A DNA stretch of 36,111 nt from Planctomycetaceae bacterium (GTDB lineage Bacteria > Planctomycetota > Planctomycetia > Planctomycetales > Planctomycetaceae). The notes beneath the pieces were generated by a model that saw nothing but the letters and a program-made list of their open reading frames with translations, made no database searches and had not been told where the DNA came from. Positions 1 through 8,609 of this stretch are shown here, one piece after another. The translations under genes were made by a program, and so were the position numbers. Numbering within the stretch: the first letter of the stretch is position 1; every line of letters begins with the position of its first letter. The stretch lies in assembly GCA_020850695.1 (NCBI GenBank), contig JADZEF010000164.1:1-36111 (forward strand), written 5' to 3'.

Positions 1-52
1 CGTCGCGATGAAAGGCGGCAACCTGTGCGTCGGTCAGCGTGAAACCACTCAT
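1..52 (-). CDS. 5' fragment of a gene running off the left edge (N-terminus MSGFTLTDAQVAAFHRD...); product unknown
   Basis: ATG on the minus strand (plus 'cat' ~50-52) with an AGGA-like SD about 11 nt upstream. The reading frame stays open to position 1. Only 17 codons are visible. Confidence 0.25.
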   Translation of the reverse strand, partial: MSGFTLTDAQVAAFHRD

Positions 53-298
53 GGGGAATCCATCCTGCGAAGGCAGTAAAGGCTCGTCCGATTGTCGACT
101 GCCATCGTACCTCTGTGGCTCGGTCAGAGGTTAGGCCGTGCCCAATCGCCGTGAAGCCGCGTCGGACTCACCGGCGGAACGAACGGCGTTTTTTCGCGTT
201 GCTTATCCCCCCTTTCGTCTTGGGGAAGGCCTCCGAGAGATCCACACGCCGGCGGCCAAACTTCGTGCGGAGCAGGAAGGCGACTTTTAACGAACGAA

Positions 299-328
299 GC
301 CGGGCGGATGCCATCGCACCCGCCCGGC
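299..328 (-). terminator. Hairpin (9-bp perfect stem gccgggcgg/ccgcccggc, 12-nt loop) just downstream of the minus-strand thioredoxin-domain gene; putative intrinsic terminator
   Basis: Perfect inverted repeat at 299-307/320-328. On the minus strand it is followed by CTTCGTTCGTTAAAAG, a weak T-rich tail. It lies 33 nt after the stop at 361. Confidence 0.45.
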
Positions 329-360
329 TCTCGATTGTCACTTGAGCGATTCAAGGCCGC

Positions 361-2781
361 TCACTTCGCGATCCTCGGCGGAAGCTGCACGGGAGCCGGC
401 CCAAACGGCCCCTTGATCGCCTTACGCATCAACTCATTGTGGTTGGCTGGGGGGGCCGTGGGTAAGGCATGGAACTTCGGCTCAACGTCAGCGGGAGAGA
501 GCACCCCCGGTGAATTGAGGCGCTCGCCAAACGGCTGGGCACCGGCCGCGAAGTGAGGTCGGGGAGGCGAAGGCAGACTTGATTCCTCAGATCCCCCATA
601 GGTTCCGCGAAATTGAGTTCCCATCTGCGGGAGCGACACTTCCTGAAGCTGCTCGAGGAAATCGGCGATCTCGCGGTGAGCGGCCTGCGACTGCGTGATG
701 ATCAGCATGCCGGGCAGCGTCTCGATGACGGCCGTCGGCGGATCGCCGTGGTGGACCATCTCGAGAGCCGAGAGGCCCCCCTGGAACAACGTCGCCGCCC
801 CGTGAATCGCAAGCTGGCCGACTCCGGCCGCCGCCTGCGAGATGGCGTCGGTCGATGCCGTCCCCGCGGGAGAGGCTGGCGCGCCATTCGCCACCACCTG
901 CGGCGTGACGCCACCCGCCATCTGAATGGCGGTGCTGTAGTATCCCTGAACGAGCGAGCCGAGGACATTGGGCGTCGCGCACTTCGCCGCGAGCTTCTCG
1001 GCCATCTCGTTCACCTGCGACCGCCAGCTCCACGGCCGCACCGTGTGCGTAAGGATCTGGGCGACCCGCTCGGTGGGACAGTTCGGCAGCATCGGCACAC
1101 GATAGATCCGCGTCTCCTTCCGCAGATTGGCGGTCATTCGTGTCGTCACCAGCACGCCGTCGTCAACGACGAGGTAGGCCAGGTCGTTGGCACACGTCAG
1201 GCGGACCGGGAGGCCCATCTCGGCCCCCAGTTCATCCGCCGAACCCGCTGGCGTCAGGGCTTCGAGCATCTGATTGAGGGCCGACTCGATGCTCGCGTCT
1301 TCCAGCGAAAGCGACTCGACCGAAACGGCGGTGTGACGGAGCGAGTCGATGCCCGTTGTTCCCGCATAGGCCACGGACGCCTTTCCTTCGCACGCTTCGT
1401 CCGAAGACTTCGGGCAGCAAGAGGCAACCGGGCAATCGGCAGGACACGAGGCGGCCGCACAGCACGCCGCGGCGGGCGCTTCGGAAGCATTCTCAACAGG
1501 CTTTCGCGACTTCAGCAGGGCGAGATAGGCCGGCTCAGTGATCGCGCTGCTCGCCTGGAAATGCATCGACTCCCGCGTACCATTCGGGTGAACGATAACC
1601 GTCGTGGGGATCGCGTTGACGTTGTACTTCGACACCAATTCCGGCGATTGGTCAACATTCACACGAACCCCGACGCAGTCGGTTTCCAGCGCCTTCAAGA
1701 CGTCTGGCGATTCCAGGACCTTCGCCATTTTCCGGCACGGACCGCACCACGTTGCTTCGAACTGCACGACCAGCGGCACCTTCCGCGAACTGGCCTCGGC
1801 TCGTGCCTTTTCGAAGCTGGTGTGCCACGCCCCCTTCGCGGGTACTTCCGCGACTGCGGCCTCATTCGTCTTCGCTGACAGCGGACAAGCGGGGCACGCG
1901 GCGGTGACATCCGTCGCGTTCGACTCTTCCACGGCCAGTGCCGCGGGGAGCGCCCCGTCCGCCACCAGGGTGAACGTGGCAGGCTGGGTCGCGGCGGCCT
2001 TGGCGTTCGCACCCGCGTCGGTAAATTCCAGAGTGACGCCCTGAATCGTCGCTCCGACCACAACGGGCTGAGCGACGGGCGCACGGCCAATGGCCACGGA
2101 CGCTGCCGAATTCGCGATCAGTCCCTGAAGAATGACCGTCTGCGTCTCTTCCGGCTTTGTTCCCGTCGACATTAATGAAATGACGCCGACGTTCGGGCTC
2201 GCCTTGAGAGGCTCCGGGCCGTATTGGATCGCAGAGGCAGGTGCGGACGCGGCGGGAACCGGCCCCCCATTCGACAGACGGAACTCGGCCGCGGCAGGAA
2301 AGTATTGGATTTCGTCCCGCAGGTAGTAAGCCGAGGGAAGTGTCTGGCCGCTGACCGCGGTCGGCGACTTCGGTGCGCAGCTCAACGGCATGCAGGCTGT
2401 CGGCCCGCAGGCTGCCGGCGCACATGTCGCCGGCGTGCAGACGGTCGGCGGGCATCCCACATCGGGGATGTCGAAGGAATCATCACTCAACAGTGTCCGC
2501 AACGTCGCCGCATCAAACCGGATCGCGATGCGGTGCTTCGTCCGCACGTGTTCGATCAGTTCCGCCAGCGTGATGGTCTCGCGGCCTTTTAGCGGCAGGT
2601 CGAGCGGGGCCTGAAGCTGCTGCTCGATCCGCTTCCGCTTCGCCGTGCTTCCCGCGACGGCGGACGGCCTGTGAGCGGCTGGCGAGATCACGACGTGGAA
2701 CGCCTTGTCTCCGGCTATTCCGGCTGAGTTGGCCAGACAGGCGGAGAACAGCACTCCGGCGGCCAGAAGAGTACGACGCAT
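361..2781 (-). CDS. Large secreted thioredoxin-domain protein (signal peptide, low-complexity A/P/T linkers, two Cys-rich CxxxC arrays, one TRX fold, ~330-aa C-terminal domain of unknown function)
   Basis: Internal ATG at 2781 gives the signal peptide MRRTLLAAGVLFSACLANSAG. The canonical thioredoxin active site WCGPC lies in ...VVQFEATWCGPCRKMAKVLE...AIPTTVIVHPNG. Cys arrays: CPPTVCTPATCAPAACGPTACMPLSC and CCAAASCPADCPVASCCP. Codon usage is consistent with neighbouring genes. Confidence 0.8.
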   Translation of the reverse strand: MRRTLLAAGVLFSACLANSAGIAGDKAFHVVISPAAHRPSAVAGSTAKRKRIEQQLQAPLDLPLKGRETITLAELIEHVRTKHRIAIRFDAATLRTLLSDDSFDIPDVGCPPTVCTPATCAPAACGPTACMPLSCAPKSPTAVSGQTLPSAYYLRDEIQYFPAAAEFRLSNGGPVPAASAPASAIQYGPEPLKASPNVGVISLMSTGTKPEETQTVILQGLIANSAASVAIGRAPVAQPVVVGATIQGVTLEFTDAGANAKAAATQPATFTLVADGALPAALAVEESNATDVTAACPACPLSAKTNEAAVAEVPAKGAWHTSFEKARAEASSRKVPLVVQFEATWCGPCRKMAKVLESPDVLKALETDCVGVRVNVDQSPELVSKYNVNAIPTTVIVHPNGTRESMHFQASSAITEPAYLALLKSRKPVENASEAPAAACCAAASCPADCPVASCCPKSSDEACEGKASVAYAGTTGIDSLRHTAVSVESLSLEDASIESALNQMLEALTPAGSADELGAEMGLPVRLTCANDLAYLVVDDGVLVTTRMTANLRKETRIYRVPMLPNCPTERVAQILTHTVRPWSWRSQVNEMAEKLAAKCATPNVLGSLVQGYYSTAIQMAGGVTPQVVANGAPASPAGTASTDAISQAAAGVGQLAIHGAATLFQGGLSALEMVHHGDPPTAVIETLPGMLIITQSQAAHREIADFLEQLQEVSLPQMGTQFRGTYGGSEESSLPSPPRPHFAAGAQPFGERLNSPGVLSPADVEPKFHALPTAPPANHNELMRKAIKGPFGPAPVQLPPRIAK

Positions 2782-3040
2782 CGAATGCCCTCCCTGAGAT
2801 CGATGACTTGCTGACGACGGACGCTCCATCGTCCGGCGGGATTGTGGCCCGTCCTTGTAAATCCTGCAATACGCGTTCTTCGCACCGCGGCCCTCGCGTT
2901 CGAGGATCCCCGTGACTTCCCCCAAAGCTCGTCGCTCGTTGATTGGAACGCGGATTCCCCCGGTGCGGGATTGCGTCCGCCGCCGCAGCGAAGCATCATC
3001 TGGGGTGTCTGCTCACCCTCAGGAGAACTCCGTGGCCGGA

Positions 3041-4627
3041 ATGACTTCCAGCGCGCATCCGATCGTCTCGGGCGCCGACCCGACGCGCCCCGCCGTCAAT
3101 CCCGAAGAGGCCGCCATCCTCATCTTCGGAGCGTCGGGAGACCTCACCGCCCGCAAGCTCCTGCCGGCCCTGTTCCAACTCTGGAAGGAAGGCTTCCTTT
3201 CGGACCGCGCCCCGATCGTCGGCGTCGCCCGCCGCGACAAGTCGGACGACGAGTTCCGCAACGAGATGCGCGACGGGGTCTCTCAATTCGCCCGCACGGG
3301 CGCATTGACCGACGAGGACTGGGCGAAGTTCTCCCAGCGGCTTTACTACCGCCGGCTCGACTTCACGCAGGAAGAGGCGTTCCGCGCCTTCCGCGGGCAG
3401 GTCGAAGAACTCGAAAAGTCGTCCGGCGTCTCGGGACGGCGAATCGTGTACCTGGCCACGTCGCCCGACCTCTTTCTTTCGTCGGTGGAGGGACTCGGCA
3501 AGGCGGGGATGATCCCGCACGGCAACGGCGACGGCTCGCTGCGGGTCGTCTTCGAGAAGCCGTTCGGGCACGACCTCGCGTCGGCTCAGAAGATCTCGCA
3601 CGACCTGGGCCGGTTGCTGACCGAAGACCAGATCTACCGCATCGACCATTACCTCGGCAAAGAGACCGTCCAGAACATCCTGTTGTTCCGCTTCGGCAAC
3701 TCGATCTTCGAACCTCTCTTCAACCGCACGCACATCGACCATGTGCAGATCACCGTGGCCGAGTCGCAGGGGATCGAGCGCGGCCGCGGCGGGTACTACG
3801 ACGAGTCGGGGGCGCTCCGCGACGTGCTGCAGAATCACGTCCTGCAGTTGCTCTGCCTCGTGGCGATGGAGCCGCCGGCCCTGTTCGACGCGAAGTACAT
3901 CCGCGACGAAAAGCTGAAAGTGCTGCAGTCGCTCGCTCCAGGACGCCCGGGGGACGTCTCGAACTGGGCCGTCGCCGGGCAGTACGCCGACGGCACAAGC
4001 GACGGCGAGCCGGCCCGCGCTTACCGCAAGGAAGACCGCGTCGATCCGAAGTCGAACCGCGAAACGTTCGTCGCCATGGAGTGCCGCATCGACAACTGGC
4101 GGTGGGCCGGAGTTCCGTTCTACCTGCGGACCGGCAAGCGGCTCCCCGAGCGCGTCAGCGAAATCGCGATCCAGTTCAAGCTGCCGCCGCTCAACCTCTT
4201 CACCACGGTCGAGTGCGAAGGAGACATCTGCGACCTCGTCGGAGCGCGGCCGAATACGCTCATCTTCCGCATCCAGCCGCGCGAGGCGATCTCGCTCAAG
4301 ATCATGACGAAGCGGGTTGGCATGCAGTACCAACTGCTGCCGGTGGCAATGGACTTCGAATACGAGTCGGCGTTCTCGAAAGGGCTGCCCGAAGCGTATG
4401 AGCGGCTGCTGCTCGATGTGCTGCGTGGCGACTCGACCCTCTTCACCCGTAGCGACGAACTCGAAGCGGCGTGGAAGTTCTGCACGCCGGTCCTTGAGGC
4501 CTGGGAGAAGCAGAACCGCGAGCCCGAATTCTATCCGGCGGGAACGTGGGGACCGGAAGGTTCGACGAAACTGCTGACGCGCACCGGACGGAACTGGCGG
4601 TCCCCGAGTTCGAAGAAGAATCACTGA
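3041..4627 (+). CDS. zwf: Glucose-6-phosphate 1-dehydrogenase
   Basis: NADP-binding motif IFGASGDLTARKLLP. Signature active-site peptide RIDHYLGKE. Also NHVLQLLCLVAMEPP. Length 528 aa from the ATG at 3041, with a GGAGA SD-like sequence about 16 nt upstream. Earlier in-frame codons in the track ORF are probably not used. Confidence 0.95.
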   Translation: MTSSAHPIVSGADPTRPAVNPEEAAILIFGASGDLTARKLLPALFQLWKEGFLSDRAPIVGVARRDKSDDEFRNEMRDGVSQFARTGALTDEDWAKFSQRLYYRRLDFTQEEAFRAFRGQVEELEKSSGVSGRRIVYLATSPDLFLSSVEGLGKAGMIPHGNGDGSLRVVFEKPFGHDLASAQKISHDLGRLLTEDQIYRIDHYLGKETVQNILLFRFGNSIFEPLFNRTHIDHVQITVAESQGIERGRGGYYDESGALRDVLQNHVLQLLCLVAMEPPALFDAKYIRDEKLKVLQSLAPGRPGDVSNWAVAGQYADGTSDGEPARAYRKEDRVDPKSNRETFVAMECRIDNWRWAGVPFYLRTGKRLPERVSEIAIQFKLPPLNLFTTVECEGDICDLVGARPNTLIFRIQPREAISLKIMTKRVGMQYQLLPVAMDFEYESAFSKGLPEAYERLLLDVLRGDSTLFTRSDELEAAWKFCTPVLEAWEKQNREPEFYPAGTWGPEGSTKLLTRTGRNWRSPSSKKNH

Positions 4628-5017
4628 ATGACCGGCCGCGATTGTGAGGCACTTCTGCAAAGCGAGCATTTGACGGTCTATCGTCCGTAGATCGGTCAGG
4701 CCGTCCCGGCAGGTTCTTCGTCTTTACGCCAACGGCGTTGTACGCAGTAGCCCAGGGTCGCGAATGAAGTGAGCGCACCCTGGGGCGAAGGTGGAATACG
4801 ATGCGAACCCCGACGGGGTTCTACATTGCGTGCGGGTCGGCTCGGAATGCTTCACTTCCTGGACGCTGATCGTCGTACCCCGTTGGGGTACCGGGCAACG
4901 TGTTCTTCAACCCAGGGTGCGCTCGCAAAGCCTCGCGACCCTGGGCTACTGCGTGCAACGCCTTCGGCGTAAACCGCAACCATTCATGGTCGTGCGCCTC
5001 ACAATCATGGCCGGTGA
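4627..5017. repeat. ~390-bp nested imperfect inverted-repeat element (MITE-like or structured RNA) between convergent zwf and the SPFH gene
   Basis: Outer arms at 4627-4651 (atgaccggccgcgattgtgaggcac) and 4991-5017 (gtgcgcctcacaatcatggccggtgat) match in 23 of 26 positions as reverse complements. Inner arms at 4723-4763 and 4934-4974 match over ~38 of 41 positions. Internal perfect hairpins: gaaccccgacggggttc (4807-4823) and ggtaccccgttggggtacc (4875-4893). Further complementarity between 4762-4776 and 4846-4860. Confidence 0.5.
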
Positions 5018-5083
5018 TTTAGGTTTCGCTCGAGCGACGGCGCGTCTGGGTTTGATCAAAACTGGTGAAAAATCGCGACCCGG

Positions 5084-5113
5084 GCCCCCGGCTGCGTGAA
5101 TTCGCAGCCGGGG
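5084..5113 (-). terminator. Strong hairpin (12-bp perfect stem cccccggctgcg/cgcagccggggg, 6-nt loop) downstream of the SPFH gene; putative intrinsic terminator
   Basis: Perfect 12-bp inverted repeat. On the minus strand a TTTTT run (plus A-run 5067-5071) follows about 12 nt after the stem. It sits 57 nt past the stop at 5170. A second small hairpin, gcctgtc-N7-gacaggc, lies at ~5131-5151. Confidence 0.5.
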
Positions 5114-5169
5114 GGCTGTCAGCTTGGAAGCCTGTCCCATGATGACAGGCTGGAAGGCTGTCCCACGGG

Positions 5170-6300
5170 TCACAGCAGGTTGATCACCTTGTCGACCAGG
5201 CCCCGCTCCTCGGAACCCTTGCCGCCAAGGACAATGTTGAGCTTGCCCGTCGCTGCGATCTTCTCGAGCGTTTCCAGCTCGCGCAGACGCATCAGCACCG
5301 GGCTCTCGGCCAGCAGCCGCGCCGTGTTCGACTGGCTGCGGATGGCCGCCGTCTCTTCCCGACGCACGATCAGGTTGGCTTCCGCCGCCTTCCGTGCCTC
5401 GGTCACCTTGTTCATCAGCTCCTTCATCTCGCCCGGCAGGATGATGTCGCGGATACCGACCGACGCGATGTCGAGCCCGAGCTCGCCCGCCCGGCGGCGG
5501 ACGTTCTCCTCGATCTCGCGACCCACCGCATCCTTCTCGGTCAGCAGCGGGTCGAGCTCGCGGGCCCCGATCACGCCCCGCAGCACGAGCTGCGTTTCGC
5601 GGTAGAGAGCCTGCCGCACGTCGTCCGTCCGGCACACCGCCCGCCGCGCGTCGGCGATGCGATACGTCACCACCGCGTTCAGCCGCAGCGTCACCTTGTC
5701 GGCCGTCATGATCTCCTGGCCGCCAACGTCGACCATCGTTTCGCGCAGGTCGACCTCGGCCACCTTCGCCTCGGCCGGTCCCTTCCAGAAGGCGTACTCG
5801 CCGGGCTCCAGCGTGTCGGTGTAGCGGCCATCGATGAACAGGACGCCCGCCCGGTCGCGCGGAATCGTGCAGACGTCGAGCACCCGAGCGGCCATCGTCG
5901 AGCGGACGATGACCTTGAACTGCTCGTGCTCGAACCGCACCTTGCGGGCGTCGATGATCTCGGCCCGGACCTCCTTCTGTCCGGTCCAGTAGACGTACCG
6001 CCCCGCCGGCAGGATGTGGCTGAAGCGGCCGTCGATCCACACGAGCGCCCGCTCGTGGTCCTTCAGGTCGAGGACGATCGCCCGCCCTTCGAGCGCGCCC
6101 GACTTCACGATGAGGTCGAGCTTCTCGTGGACCAGCCACGGATCGCGCTGCGACACGACATCGACCCGCACCTTGCCCAGCGGGTCGAAGAACCAGTGCG
6201 AGCCCGCCGGCACGAGGCCGAGGAACTCATCGTCGCGGAACAGCAGTCCGACTTCGTACGAACGAATCTTGAAACGCTTGAAGAACACGGCACACCTCAT
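5170..6300 (-). CDS. SPFH/band-7 (stomatin/prohibitin/flotillin/HflKC superfamily) protein with three N-terminal internal ~60-aa repeats and no predicted TM segment
   Basis: The C-terminal half carries SPFH hallmarks: ...VTLRLNAVVTYRIADARRAV...LRGVIGARELDPLLTEKDAVGREIEENV...GLDIASVGIRDIILPGEMKELMNKVTEARKAAEANLIVRREETAA. The N-terminal half has three repeats sharing the motif [D/G]G-x-[F/Y]-x3-L-x-[P/A]G-x-[H/Y]-x-[F/Y]-[F/W]. Clean ATG at 6300 and TGA at 5170. Confidence 0.85.
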   Translation of the reverse strand: MRCAVFFKRFKIRSYEVGLLFRDDEFLGLVPAGSHWFFDPLGKVRVDVVSQRDPWLVHEKLDLIVKSGALEGRAIVLDLKDHERALVWIDGRFSHILPAGRYVYWTGQKEVRAEIIDARKVRFEHEQFKVIVRSTMAARVLDVCTIPRDRAGVLFIDGRYTDTLEPGEYAFWKGPAEAKVAEVDLRETMVDVGGQEIMTADKVTLRLNAVVTYRIADARRAVCRTDDVRQALYRETQLVLRGVIGARELDPLLTEKDAVGREIEENVRRRAGELGLDIASVGIRDIILPGEMKELMNKVTEARKAAEANLIVRREETAAIRSQSNTARLLAESPVLMRLRELETLEKIAATGKLNIVLGGKGSEERGLVDKVINLL

Positions 6301-6512
6301 CGACCGAACATGTTGATTTCAGTTGATAGAGGGGTGAAGGCCGCGCGGGGTTCATGCGATTTCCACCAATACCTTTCGTGCGAGGCGCCGGAGTTGCCGG
6401 TTCCGATCACGGATCGCGGAGGGGGATGATCCACGTCGCGACGACCGGCTGGCGGATCGTCGCGACTCCGGACGATTGCCTTGATCGCCCGATGGCCTCT
6501 CGGGGGAAAACT

Positions 6513-6546
6513 GGTCTGGACACACTTCCCGTCGTTCCTAGAATCC
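6513..6546 (+). promoter_or_regulatory. Putative sigma70-like promoter (TGGACA-16nt-TAGAAT) upstream of the P/G-rich lipoprotein gene
   Basis: tggaca at 6513-6518, a 16-nt spacer, and tagaat at 6541-6546. It lies ~135 nt upstream of the ATG at 6681, in the divergent intergenic region. This is sequence resemblance to the E. coli consensus only. Planctomycete promoter rules are poorly defined. Confidence 0.2.
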
Positions 6547-6680
6547 CGCCGCCTTTGACCGTGGGGAGGGTCCGATCGTGCGCCCGCAACGCATGTGAGA
6601 TCCGGCTCCCGCGGCGTGTGATTCTTGACCTCGGTCCCGCAAACCGGCGTCGAGAACCCTCGGGGAGAAGGACCCAGACC

Positions 6681-7853
6681 ATGCTTTCCACCGGTTGCGT
6701 GGGGCGATCGCCCCACGCCGTGCTCGTCGTCGCGCTCGTTGCGACCACGGGATGCTATTCCTATGCACCTGCCGGACGCTATCCGTCCGCGCCGGGCTAC
6801 TACTCGTCCCCTCCTCCGGGCGTTTATTCGCAGCCGGGCGTGTTCTCTGCGCCCGCTTATGGCCAACCCGGGGGGATCCCTCCCGGAGCCATCATGGGAC
6901 CGGGAACGACGGTTCCCCCCGGATCGGCGGCGCCGCCGGACGGATTCATGACTCCGGGCAGCGGCTTCACTCCGAACAGCAGTTCGCCGCCGGGAGGCAA
7001 TCTTCCACCCGGCGGAAACTACCCGGGTGACTCCTATCCGGGTGGATCGAGCCCCACTTACGGGAGTCCGAACAACGGCCCGATCAACGGCGGGCCTCGC
7101 GACGCCAATCCGCCGCGCAGCCGGGCTCCGTTCGAAGGGGAACGCGCTCCGTTCGAATCCAATTCCCCCCCGCGGACCGATCGCCGTGCGGTTCCGCCGG
7201 CACGGAGCCTCGACACGCCGAATACGGCACCGTTTGAGAGCGGTTCCGTCCCGTTCGGAGCCCAGCCGAACGACAATCGTTTCACGCAACCGCGCAGCGG
7301 GCGCGGCACCAACCCGCCCCCGGCGGCTGGCGGCAACGGCGGAACGTTTGGATCGGGCGAGCAGCCCTTCGGCGAAAACGGCGGTGCGGCCATCCTGCCC
7401 ATGCCGGCGACCGAAGGCCCGGCGACGGCATCGGCGGCGCGTGCTCTGACGCCGGTTGACGAGGGGCCGAAACTTCAGTCGCCGCCGGAGCCGGTCATTC
7501 CGGCAGGGGCCGAATTTGCCGCGCCGATCATCAAGGCGGAAGCGTCACGGAAGCCTCAGCGGCATCCGAATCCGCATGATTTTGATCGCAACGCCTATCG
7601 CTGGATCCGCGGGACGGTGGACTACGACGAAGAAGACAAGTCGTGGTACCTCATCTACAACCTGACGCCGGATGAGAACGACGTGCACCAGGGGGGGCTG
7701 ACACTGGTCGGCGATCCGGTCGTCCTGGGAGCTCTGCACGACGGCGATGTCGTCCAGGTGGAAGGGGAAGTGCAGAAAGCCGCCGAAGGCTTCCGCCACT
7801 CCACCGTTTTCCATGTGGAGAAGCTCGAAGGCCTCGCCACCGCGGGAATGTAG
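6681..7853 (+). CDS. Putative lipoprotein with long Pro/Gly/Ser-rich low-complexity region and a ~100-aa folded C-terminal domain
   Basis: ATG at 6681 with a GGAGAAGGA SD about 10 nt upstream. The N-terminus MLSTGCVGRSPHAVLVVALVATTGC has a signal peptide and a LVATTGC lipobox. The C-terminus ...YRWIRGTVDYDEEDKSWYLIYNLTPDENDVHQGGLTLVGDPVVLGALHDGDVVQVEGEV... is not low-complexity. Confidence 0.6.
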   Translation: MLSTGCVGRSPHAVLVVALVATTGCYSYAPAGRYPSAPGYYSSPPPGVYSQPGVFSAPAYGQPGGIPPGAIMGPGTTVPPGSAAPPDGFMTPGSGFTPNSSSPPGGNLPPGGNYPGDSYPGGSSPTYGSPNNGPINGGPRDANPPRSRAPFEGERAPFESNSPPRTDRRAVPPARSLDTPNTAPFESGSVPFGAQPNDNRFTQPRSGRGTNPPPAAGGNGGTFGSGEQPFGENGGAAILPMPATEGPATASAARALTPVDEGPKLQSPPEPVIPAGAEFAAPIIKAEASRKPQRHPNPHDFDRNAYRWIRGTVDYDEEDKSWYLIYNLTPDENDVHQGGLTLVGDPVVLGALHDGDVVQVEGEVQKAAEGFRHSTVFHVEKLEGLATAGM

Positions 7854-7921
7854 GCTTCCGCTCCTTTCTCCGCGCGTGACCGTCACGGGGGCCGATGGCG
7901 ACGACGCGGTGATTGGGAGCG

Positions 7922-8404
7922 CTACGACGGGTCGACGATTTCGACGATCTTGAGGCGTTCGACGCCGCGCGGGACGACGACTTCCACCGACTCTCCCACT
8001 TTCTTCCCGACCAGGCCCTGGGCAATCGGGCTGCTGGTGAGAATTTTCATGATATCGCCGTCGTAGTTTTCTTCGCCCGGTCCGACGAGTTCGTACTTTT
8101 CCTCGAAGCCGTCATCGACGTTCTTCACGGTGACGATCGACCCGAAGCCGACCTGACCCTTGGGCATCGTCGCCTTGTCGACGATGTAGCAGCTCGCCAG
8201 CTTGCCTTTCAGCTGGTTGATTTTGGCCTGCAGAAGCCCCTGGGCTTCGCGCTGGCCGTGGTATTCGGCGTTCTCGCTGAGATCCCCTTCGGCGCGGGCT
8301 TTGGCGATCTGCTCGGCAATGTGCGGCATGTCCACGGTTTCGAGCTTGCGAATCTCGTCGCGAAGCTTTTCGAATCCTTCGCGCGAAATGGGCTGCCGAT
8401 CCAT
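7922..8404 (-). CDS. greA: Transcription elongation factor GreA
   Basis: Internal ATG at 8404 gives a 160-aa protein [76 protein letters not shown]..., the classical GreA coiled-coil plus FKBP-like C-domain. The longer track ORF upstream is non-homologous extension. Confidence 0.9.
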   Translation of the reverse strand: MDRQPISREGFEKLRDEIRKLETVDMPHIAEQIAKARAEGDLSENAEYHGQREAQGLLQAKINQLKGKLASCYIVDKATMPKGQVGFGSIVTVKNVDDGFEEKYELVGPGEENYDGDIMKILTSSPIAQGLVGKKVGESVEVVVPRGVERLKIVEIVDPS

Positions 8405-8578
8405 ATTGCGGTCTGCTCCCGGAAAGCGACGCGGCCCGCGAGGCTTCACCGTCGAGGTCGACGACACCACTTCAACAAGGCGTCGATTCCCTCGGGACAA
8501 AAGAAGAACGGGCGACCCGGCGGACGAAACCGATGTTCCGCCGCGACCGATGCCCGTCGTACAGATTTCACTCGGCTT

Positions 8579-8609
8579 ATTATACGCAACCCCGTTTGCC
8601 GATTGCCAA
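8579..8609 (-). promoter_or_regulatory. Putative greA promoter: minus-strand TTGGCA-19nt-TATAAT, overlapping the palindrome gccgattg...caatcggc
   Basis: The minus strand reads TTGGCA atcggcaaacggggttgcg TATAAT. The 19-nt spacer is longer than optimal. It lies ~175 nt upstream of the greA ATG. The adjacent 8-bp inverted repeat ccgattg..caatcgg at 8596-8616 could be an operator. Confidence 0.2.

Noticed and set aside
613-1878. 421-aa plus-strand ORF, plus other 60-200-aa ORFs inside 361-2925
   Set aside because: They are antisense or alternative-frame shadows of the thioredoxin-domain gene and have Arg-rich junk composition.
2842-4669. Track ORFs 2842..4401(+) and 2996..4669(-) overlapping zwf
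   Set aside because: They overlap zwf and have low-complexity R/P/G-rich translations. The zwf frame has the diagnostic RIDHYLGKE peptide.
4946-6139. 397-aa minus-strand ORF overlapping the SPFH gene in another frame
   Set aside because: Extreme Arg/Gly/Pro composition and no homology. The SPFH frame is clearly the real one.
6297-7289. 330-aa minus-strand ORF and the 499-aa plus ORF extension 6354-6680
   Set aside because: The minus ORF is antisense to the lipoprotein gene and Arg-rich. The plus extension upstream of the ATG at 6681 lacks a signal peptide and overlaps the putative promoter.
7854-7921. 13-bp palindrome cgtgaccgtcacg between convergent lipoprotein and greA genes
   Set aside because: A 1-nt loop cannot form an RNA hairpin and there is no T-tract. 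It is probably coincidental or a DNA-level site at most.
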